From assembly GCA_016182015.1 (NCBI GenBank), contig JACOYC010000007.1, positions 1-6,070 on the forward strand: a DNA stretch of 6,070 nt. The letters run 5' to 3'. Below the pieces are notes generated by a model. The model was given only the letters and a program-made list of their open reading frames with translations, did not search any database and was not told the DNA's origin. A program made the translations under genes and the position numbers. Shown one piece after another: positions 1 to 4,583 of this stretch. Every line of letters begins with the position of its first letter. Within the stretch, counting starts at the first letter, position 1. The DNA is from Nanobdellati archaeon. Lineage in GTDB: Archaea; Nanobdellota; Nanobdellia; UBA10117.

Positions 1-91
1 CCGCCAAACGCGCTGCTCCAAGAGCATTTCGTCCAAGCTCATCAAACCATTAAAGGTGCTGGACAGGCATACAGACTGCTCGAAAAATGCC

Positions 92-215
92 TTTATAAAT
101 GTTTCGAAGGAACATTTATTTGCAAATGAGTTAAAACGAAATTTGTATTATAAAGATTTCGCTGGAATCTTTATTTGCAAACGACAAGCTTGTATCATAA
201 GTTTTCGCTAAGGCT
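92..215. repeat. Imperfect tandem repeat, about 2.5 copies of a ~55-bp AT-rich unit
   Basis: Exact 12-mer TTTATTTGCAAA at 115-126 and 170-181 (period 55). TTATAAA at 93-99 and 148-154, with a degenerate TCATAA at 195-200. TTTCG at 102-106, 157-161 and 203-207. TTGTAT at 143-148 and 190-195. The repeat lies immediately downstream of the stop (221-223) of the 505-aa gene. Confidence 0.6.
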
Positions 216-220
216 GAAGG

Positions 221-1738
221 CTATGCCACTACTAAAGTTGGTTCTGGCTGGACTGCCAAGCCTTCTTTTGGGCTGTTGTCTGCGGTGCCTGGCCGGGCCA
301 AAAACATCGCATCAATAACACTATCAGTAACTTTGTCTGTGACGCTTGCGTTCCCGTGCCGCATCAAATACTCGCTGGCCAGCCGCTGTATGCAAGCCCG
401 CAGCGAGCCATCCCTGCCAAGGGGCTGGATTTTTTGCTGAAAACTTTTGAAGTAATTAGCAATAAGCCCTTCCTGCGTTGAAACACCTGCCAGCCGCTGG
501 GCAACTTGGACAAGCTTGCTAGCCGGCAGCGCGCTAAATCGCTCCGTGAAAAGCGAGTGGTCGATCTCTTCCAATGTCCTTTCCGTACGAGTATAATCGC
601 TAAAATCACTAATATATTCGTAAACTTCGGCGCGGCGATTTGTGTAATCAATTATTCTGCGATTTCTAAATAGTGTATACGTATCGCGCAACGAATTCTG
701 ATCAGATTCCCTATTATTAGCGTTGATGATAGTATTAAAGTCAAAGTAATTACTATCCGCGCTATCGTGAATGTCACTAACGCCAGAATTAGAAATATAA
801 TATATATTATCCATACCTTCTGAAAAGAGGCTGTTCCTTTTTTTCTTTCGCTGGCCTGCCTCTGCTCTCTCTTTGTCATAAATTTCATTAGTTGTTTTTT
901 CAAATAATATTTTCGCACTGGGTTTGTTTTTTTGTTTCAGTTCTAGTGTGCGGGAATAAATAACATCAAGTGCAATGCACCTTAGGGCATCTTCTTTTGG
1001 GACTAAAATGCGCTGACCCTGCACATCATGCGCGATGCATTTCTCAGCGTCAAAGTTTTGTGTTCTTGAAGCATAACTTCCGGGACAGACATAATAAAAT
1101 CGTTTTATATCAACGCCGGAATCGCTGGCTGTCATCTTCAGCCACAATCCAATTGTTGAGCCGGGTTTATTGAAATGAGCGATGTTAAAAATAATGCTTT
1201 TCCCGTCGTACTGCACAGTCAGGTCGCTGACATTTTTCTCAGACGAACGTGCTATAACCTGGTCAGTTTTCAGGATGTCCAGCGGATTCTGCGCCCGAAT
1301 ATTATTAACTAATAAAATTGTATCTTCCAGATCAAGCTCTGCTTGTTGCCCACTAGACCCTTGCTCATAGGGCTTGTCTTCCAGACAATATTTTTTCTTT
1401 CCATCGGACAGGCCAACACTACCATGGACATCACCAAGCAGGAAAACTGCATCAAACGGCAGGTTAAATTTATTTTTCAGAAATTTTGCGAACAAAAATC
1501 TGTATAGCGCCTTTGTGCCGCAAAATACCTCGCCGAGCTGTTCAACTTCGTGCGGCCATGGAAATAATATACAATTGCCAAACGCGCGCGTGCGGCCCCA
1601 CTCATACTTGAAACCTTCTGTAACTGTTATAACTGCGCTGGCAATGTCTTCGAGAGATTTTCCGGATAAATCAATGCCCTTGGCTTTCTGTTCAAATAAT
1701 TCTAAAGTTTGCTGTGGAACGCTGTCTGGCCATACCAT
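221..1738 (-). CDS. Hypothetical protein, 505 aa, no family recognised
   Basis: The track ORF is 221..1741 (506 aa), but it starts at a GTG. The first ATG is the next codon (1738-1736) and shares its A with the TGA of the upstream ORF (sense GTGATG), which implies translational coupling. The N-terminal ~125 aa show a PD-(D/E)xK-like pattern. Residues ~300-385 are N/D/S/Y/R-rich low complexity. The C-terminal ~120 aa look helical. Confidence 0.8.
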   Translation of the reverse strand: MVWPDSVPQQTLELFEQKAKGIDLSGKSLEDIASAVITVTEGFKYEWGRTRAFGNCILFPWPHEVEQLGEVFCGTKALYRFLFAKFLKNKFNLPFDAVFLLGDVHGSVGLSDGKKKYCLEDKPYEQGSSGQQAELDLEDTILLVNNIRAQNPLDILKTDQVIARSSEKNVSDLTVQYDGKSIIFNIAHFNKPGSTIGLWLKMTASDSGVDIKRFYYVCPGSYASRTQNFDAEKCIAHDVQGQRILVPKEDALRCIALDVIYSRTLELKQKNKPSAKILFEKTTNEIYDKERAEAGQRKKKRNSLFSEGMDNIYYISNSGVSDIHDSADSNYFDFNTIINANNRESDQNSLRDTYTLFRNRRIIDYTNRRAEVYEYISDFSDYTRTERTLEEIDHSLFTERFSALPASKLVQVAQRLAGVSTQEGLIANYFKSFQQKIQPLGRDGSLRACIQRLASEYLMRHGNASVTDKVTDSVIDAMFLARPGTADNSPKEGLAVQPEPTLVVA

Positions 1739-2061
1739 CACTCAAATCTTGGCGCACCGCCGTAATTAGAGTCAATGCGTGGCGGATCGCCTGGCGCGCG
1801 CTGGACTGTTTTTAAATCTTTCAAATTTATACCGTAATAAGCCACTAAGGTATGTTCAACAACACCAGTATCAACGCTTGGCACTAATTCGCGCTGGAAA
1901 AACTGTTTTGTTTTTGTACTAAGGTCTGCAACCGTAGCAAGTTCTAGTTGCTTTAATCTGCCTAAAACTCTTGAGCGCACGTCCGGGTGGACGTCCACCA
2001 TTCTGTTAACAAACGTTTCTATGGAATCTGATCTTTTTCCGGGTTTACCTTGGCTAAACAT
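1738..2061 (-). CDS. Hypothetical small protein, 107 aa, first gene of a two-gene operon
   Basis: ATG at 2061-2059. GGTGAT (sense; + coordinates 2067-2072) lies 5 nt upstream and matches the Shine-Dalgarno core. The stop TGA (1740-1738) overlaps the start of the 505-aa ORF. No recognisable motif. Confidence 0.6.
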   Translation of the reverse strand: MFSQGKPGKRSDSIETFVNRMVDVHPDVRSRVLGRLKQLELATVADLSTKTKQFFQRELVPSVDTGVVEHTLVAYYGINLKDLKTVQRAPGDPPRIDSNYGGAPRFE

Positions 2062-2093
2062 ATTATATCACCAAATTATTCTGGCCAAAAGGC

Positions 2094-2114
2094 TTTTTAA
2101 ATCTTTCTATATTG
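2094..2114 (-). promoter_or_regulatory. Candidate TATA elements for the 107/505-aa operon
   Basis: Sense TTTAAAAA (2094-2101) lies 33-40 nt upstream of the ATG. Sense CAATATAGAAAG (2103-2114) lies 42-53 nt upstream. The proximal box would place the TSS inside the SD-like GGTGAT, so which box is used is unresolved. Confidence 0.35.
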
Positions 2115-2158
2115 GTTAATGTCCCTGTAGGCTTAAATTAAGTACAAATATATTAATT

Positions 2159-2175
2159 CTAATATGAAATATTAG
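2159..2175 (-). terminator. AT-rich hairpin just 3' of tRNA-Asp (possible 3' processing or termination element)
   Basis: CTAATAT-GAA-ATATTAG forms a perfect 7-bp inverted repeat abutting the tRNA-Asp discriminator base (2177). Confidence 0.3.
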
Positions 2176-2176
2176 G

Positions 2177-2461
2177 CGCCTGAGCCGAGATTCGAACTCG
2201 GGTCTGAACCGTTCTGCATGACAACCAAAGTACTTCAGCCGATCGCAGATCGGCTTGCCTTTTCTTTGGGTTGCCGACAAAATCCATTTTGGATTTTGCG
2301 GACACATCTGAACTTTGTTCAGATTGTGCCACGACACCTTTCTTTTTACGACGCAAGAAAAATCCGAAGATTTTTCTGCGCCCAGAAAATGCTTTGCATT
2401 TTCTTGGGAAAGAAAGGGGTTGTGTGACAGGGTTCTATCCTAACCGCTAGACTACTCAGGC
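2177..2461 (-). tRNA. tRNA-Asp (anticodon GUC), intron-containing
   Basis: Exons 2461-2425 and 2211-2177 join to 72 nt: GCCUGAG-UA-GUCU-AGCGGUUA-GGAU-A-GAACC-CUGUCAC-GGUUC-AGAC-CCGAG-UUCGAAU-CUCGG-CUCAGGC-G. Acceptor stem 7/7, T stem 5/5, anticodon stem 5/5; the D stem has two G.U pairs. The 3' trailer is CCU, so CCA is not fully encoded. Confidence 0.9.
2212..2424 (-). other. tRNA-Asp intron, 213 nt, canonical position 37/38
   Basis: C32UGU35 pairs with the intron 3' GCAG. The 3' bulge is AA|C38 and the 5' bulge is C36A37|C. An ACAACC/GGUUGU helix closes the intron, with an extra CAU opposite the 5' bulge, so the BHB is relaxed. The interior is filled with 6-13 bp hairpins and holds no plausible ORF. 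Confidence 0.8.
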
Positions 2462-2484
2462 ATAGCTTTTCGTTTTGTGTGCGC

Positions 2485-2492
2485 TTTTTAAA
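2485..2492 (-). promoter_or_regulatory. TATA box of tRNA-Asp
   Basis: Sense TTTAAAAA lies 24-31 nt upstream of tRNA position 1 (2461). CTAT immediately precedes +1, as it does for tRNA-Tyr. Confidence 0.6.
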
Positions 2493-2512
2493 GTTGAGTC
2501 CCGCCCTCAGGA

Positions 2513-2663
2513 TTTTCTTTATCATCCTTTTTCCTTAGCGCCATCGTAGATGGCGCACGGGGGAATCAGGGTGAGCGTCCCAATCGAACGAAGTTCGATG
2601 TGCGGCAAAATCCATTGGATTTTGATTGCAACCTGAAGGGGGCAGAGCCCCCTTCGGGTCCGT
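2513..2663 (-). other. tRNA-Tyr intron 2, ~151 nt, inside the T-loop (about 59/60)
   Basis: The T arm is split: UCAGG-UUCAAA ends at 2664 and U-CCUGA-GGGCGGG-A resumes at 2512. A-runs on both sides make the boundary ambiguous by up to ~4 nt. The interior has the hairpins GAAGGGGGC-TCT-GCCCCCTTC, CAAAATCC-AAT-GGATTTTG, ATCGAAC-TTC-GTTCGAT and GCGCCAT-CTACG-ATGGCGC. I could not draw a clean BHB by eye. Confidence 0.65.
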
Positions 2664-2685
2664 TTTGAACCTGAAACCTTCCGGG

Positions 2686-2723
2686 TTCTGAGCGCATATT
2701 GCTTGCCTAGCGGCAAGTGCTGT
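2686..2723 (-). other. tRNA-Tyr intron 1, 38 nt, at or near 37/38
   Basis: Sense sequence is ACAGCACTTGCCGCTAGGCAAGCAATATGCGCTCAGAA, with an internal hairpin CTTGCC-GCTA-GGCAAG. The 3' end UCAG pairs with C32UG (U35.U mismatch), followed by the bulge AA|C38. The boundary is ambiguous by +/-1 nt. Confidence 0.7.
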
Positions 2724-2783
2724 CTACAGCCAGACGCTCTACCAGGTTGAGCTAGGGCGGGATAGATAGTGCTGCATATTTGG

Positions 2784-2792
2784 TTTAAAAAA
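2784..2792 (-). promoter_or_regulatory. TATA box of tRNA-Tyr, doubling as a T-run after the upstream CDS
   Basis: Sense TTTTTTAAA lies 23-31 nt upstream of tRNA position 1 (2761). It is also 15 nt downstream of the TAA (2809-2807) of the surface-protein gene. Confidence 0.6.
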
Positions 2793-2806
2793 GTTCTGTG
2801 CGCATA

Positions 2807-4213
2807 TTATTCCTTCGTAGAAATCTTTCCAAGCACAGAAACAGTGTTGGATGCAACTGCCTTTGCCTTGCCGTTCTCTGTCTTGAATTTTACGTGCGCG
2901 GCAGGCAACCTAATCGCCCCAACAATACCAAGAGAGGTTCTCAAATCATAAGTCAAAACCCTTTCCTCGCCAGGATATAAAACATCAAACTTCCAGCTTA
3001 GCCTGATGTGCCCGCCTTCCTTCTTTATCACGCTCGGGTTCATTGTACCATAATCGCTGCCCGGTTTTAGCGGCGTGGCAATCACATCTGTAACAGTAAC
3101 GTTCGGCACCTGCTTGCCCGCCAGTGATTTTACAACAAGCTTAACCTTCAGGCTCTTTGGCCCTTTTATTACTGATTTCGTAATGCTAAACTCGGCGCCG
3201 TAATATTTTGATAATGTATAAACGCCGGCGATGAGTAATATTAAAACAACGGCCAGCCATGCGTAAGATATTGTGTAAGCCATGGTTGTGCTCTGGCCGG
3301 GAGAAAGCGAATACTGCCAGCCAGCCACAAATCCGCCGCTGTCACCGCTTAATTTCTCTGCTTCGGGTTTCGAAAAAAAGAACGCGCGCTGCCAAGACGG
3401 AAGCAAAACTGTATGTGTGCCAACCGCATCGATATTGCCTTTGTTTGTCAGCGTGATTGTATATTTTGTGCCGAGGAATGCTCCGGAAGTATCTGTTTTG
3501 GAAACCACATTTTCGGAAGACAAAACCTGAAACCGCTTGCTCTGCTGAGAAACAAGTTTGCCGGCCGAATAAATCGAAACCACATTCTTGTAGTTGCCTG
3601 GCTTTACGTCAGAGTCTATTGTTATGTCTTTCTGCAGAACCAGTTTGGCCTCGCCGGAGGCCAGCTTGCCAATTGTAAAGTCAACCGGCTGGAACAAATC
3701 GCTGCTCAACTTGCCTGTCAGGCCTGCCGCTTCATCCTTGCCGGAATTTTTAACGATCAGATTTATTTTGTAATCGCCAGGCTTTATCTTACTCTCCAAA
3801 TCTATTGAAGAATCAATATGCGGCGGTTCTGTGAGGACAGTTATCTTAACCAGCACCGATGTCTGCACTTTTGGGTTATTGCAGGCCTTTGCAGTCACTT
3901 CAATCGCGTAGGTGCCGGCATAAACATCTGCCGGCGGCGTGATTCTAAGTTCGGCAGATCTTGCGGAATTTGCAGGTATATCTAAAATATAATTATCAAA
4001 GTAGGCTGTCCCCCAGCCTGGCGCCGAAAGGCAGAATCTGTCGAACTTTGCCTGATTATTACCGACTGTAATGCCGTATTTTGCAGAATCTGTGTAAGAA
4101 ACAGCACCGACCACTGCATTTTGCGTCATAACAACATCAGAACCTGCATGCGCGATGGGCAAACCGAGAACAAGTAACAAAAGACTAATGATGATTATGT
4201 GTGGCCAGCGCAT
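2807..4213 (-). CDS. Secreted, membrane-anchored protein with CARDB/Ig-like beta-rich repeats
   Basis: The track ORF 2807..4222 starts at a TTG; the first ATG is at 4213-4211 (MRWPHIIIISLLLLVLGLPIAHA|GS), which reads as a classical signal peptide. Segments such as RITPPADVYAGTYAIEVTAKA, INLIVKNSGKDEAAGLTGKL and YTITLTNKGNIDAVG resemble CARDB/NEW3-type Ig-fold repeats. One TM helix lies at track residues ~316-337 (YTISYAWLAVVLILLIAGVYTL), followed by a K-rich segment and a ~125-aa C-terminal beta-rich domain. Confidence 0.85.
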   Translation of the reverse strand: MRWPHIIIISLLLLVLGLPIAHAGSDVVMTQNAVVGAVSYTDSAKYGITVGNNQAKFDRFCLSAPGWGTAYFDNYILDIPANSARSAELRITPPADVYAGTYAIEVTAKACNNPKVQTSVLVKITVLTEPPHIDSSIDLESKIKPGDYKINLIVKNSGKDEAAGLTGKLSSDLFQPVDFTIGKLASGEAKLVLQKDITIDSDVKPGNYKNVVSIYSAGKLVSQQSKRFQVLSSENVVSKTDTSGAFLGTKYTITLTNKGNIDAVGTHTVLLPSWQRAFFFSKPEAEKLSGDSGGFVAGWQYSLSPGQSTTMAYTISYAWLAVVLILLIAGVYTLSKYYGAEFSITKSVIKGPKSLKVKLVVKSLAGKQVPNVTVTDVIATPLKPGSDYGTMNPSVIKKEGGHIRLSWKFDVLYPGEERVLTYDLRTSLGIVGAIRLPAAHVKFKTENGKAKAVASNTVSVLGKISTKE

Positions 4214-4242
4214 GTTTATCAATTATGTTAGTGAATAATTAG

Positions 4243-4250
4243 TATATAAA
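4243..4250 (-). promoter_or_regulatory. TATA box of the surface-protein gene
   Basis: Sense TTTATATA lies 30-37 nt upstream of ATG 4213. This predicts a near-leaderless transcript starting around 4220. That argues against the TTG at 4222 as the start codon. Confidence 0.5.
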
Positions 4251-4307
4251 TGTTTCTAGATCGCATAATGAGCAATCCACAATGATATATGGTGAGGCTG
4301 CGCAGAT

Positions 4308-4464
4308 TTGTTCCGCACATCGGGATTTGCGGGATTGTTAAATCCCGCTGTTTTTCTTTTTGGGTTCCCAGGAGCCTTTTTCTTTCCAGAGCCGAATGAA
4401 ATTCGGCTTGGCCAAGAAAAATGCCGAAGCATTTTTCTCTGGTTTTAAAAGAAAAAGGGTGCTG
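4308..4464 (-). other. tRNA-Pro intron 2, ~157 nt, inside the T-loop (56-60)
   Basis: CGCAG-UUCAA ends at 4465 and AU-CUGCG-CAGCCUC-A-CCA resumes at 4307. Read without splicing, the local T-loop would be AACAAAU, which lacks U54 and U55. The exact boundary is ambiguous by ~2 nt. It contains the three-way-junction module at 4375-4458. Confidence 0.65.
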
Positions 4465-4484
4465 TTGAACTGCGGTCACACCCA

Positions 4485-4583
4485 TTCTGGTAAAGACATC
4501 TTTTGTGCGATTGAAAATCGCACTTTTCTTTCTTTAGACGCCCAGGAGCGTTTCTTTCTTTTTAAAAGAAAGAAAAGCTGCTG
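4485..4583 (-). other. tRNA-Pro intron 1, 99 nt, at or near 37/38
   Basis: The sense strand starts CAGCAGC and ends CCAGAA. CCAG pairs with U33GG35 (A32.G mismatch), followed by the bulge AA|U38. It contains CTTTTCTTTCTTT...AAAGAAAGAAAAG (+ 4523-4577) and the hairpin GTGCGATT-GAA-AATCGCAC (+ 4505-4523). The boundary is ambiguous by +/-1 nt. Confidence 0.65.

Larger units (their letters stand above)
2499..2761 (-). tRNA. tRNA-Tyr (anticodon GUA), two introns
   Basis: Exons 2761-2724, 2685-2664 and 2512-2499 join to 74 nt: CCCGCCC-UA-GCUC-AACCUGGUA-GAGC-G-UCUGG-CUGUAGC-CCGGA-AGGUU-UCAGG-UUCAAAU-CCUGA-GGGCGGG-A. C1:G72 plus A73 are the archaeal/eukaryal tRNA-Tyr identity set. The 5-nt variable loop marks it as class I. 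CCA is not encoded. Confidence 0.85.

Noticed and set aside
1-129. Partial gene at the left edge. One reading is a + strand frame open from position 1 to TGA at 127-129. The other is a minus-strand ATG at 42-40 running out of the window (MSLDEMLLEQRVWR...).
   Set aside because: Both readings are short, and I cannot discriminate them from the sequence available, so neither is reported as a feature.
92-215. Origin-recognition-box (ORB) repeats, because of TTTCGCTGGAAT and TTTCGAAGGAAC
   Set aside because: They do not align to the TTCCAGTGGAAA-type dyad without gaps. No cdc6/orc1 gene and no AT-rich unwinding element is evident.
1-220. An attachment-site repeat of the tRNA-Asp 3' end that would delimit an integrated element carrying the 107/505-aa genes
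   Set aside because: Only a 6-mer (TTCGAA) is shared with the tRNA 3' half. No convincing direct repeat lies within the window, though a boundary could lie beyond it.
1421-1435. Metallophosphoesterase motif (LLGDVHGS resembles GDxHG)
   Set aside because: The companion motifs GDxxDRG and GNH(D/E) are absent downstream.
364-1769. Short ORFs nested in or antisense to the 505-aa gene. Similar shadow ORFs occur at 2769-2980, 3259-3808, 4721-5000, 5116-5562 and 5572-6054.
   Set aside because: All are overlapped by much longer ORFs with recognisable protein features and look like frame or antisense shadows.
2116-2427. Track ORFs 2116..2337(-), 2159..2356(-) and 2218..2427(+)
   Set aside because: They lie entirely within tRNA-Asp and its intron. 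Their translations are low-complexity and driven by the hairpin repeats, and none has an RBS or promoter. A homing-endonuclease ORF was specifically looked for and not found.
2517-2527. Box C/D sRNA in an intron (sense GGAUGAUAAAG, plus CUGA motifs elsewhere)
   Set aside because: GAUGAUA is one mismatch off RUGAUGA. I could not pair it with a properly placed box D, C'/D' boxes or a terminal stem. CUGA occurs trivially often.
2212-2663. Possible CRISPR array, given the many short inverted repeats
   Set aside because: There is no regularly spaced identical direct repeat with unique spacers. The repeats are hairpin arms of differing sequence inside tRNA introns.
2675-2691. Alternative tRNA-Tyr fold using UCAGA as the 3' anticodon-stem strand, giving a 12-nt variable arm
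   Set aside because: CCGGA five nt further on pairs equally well and gives a 5-nt variable loop, as expected for an archaeal class I tRNA-Tyr. It also yields the same CAGAA|Y intron end seen in the other two tRNAs.
2522-2716. Track ORF 2522..2716(-), 64 aa
   Set aside because: It spans tRNA-Tyr intron 2, exon 2 and intron 1, so it is an artefact of structured RNA sequence.
4214-4222. TTG start (4222) for the surface protein and GTG start (1741) for the 505-aa protein, as in the ORF track
   Set aside because: ATG codons lie 3 codons and 1 codon downstream respectively. ATG 4213 gives a standard signal-peptide n-region and fits the TATA spacing. ATG 1738 gives the stop/start overlap.
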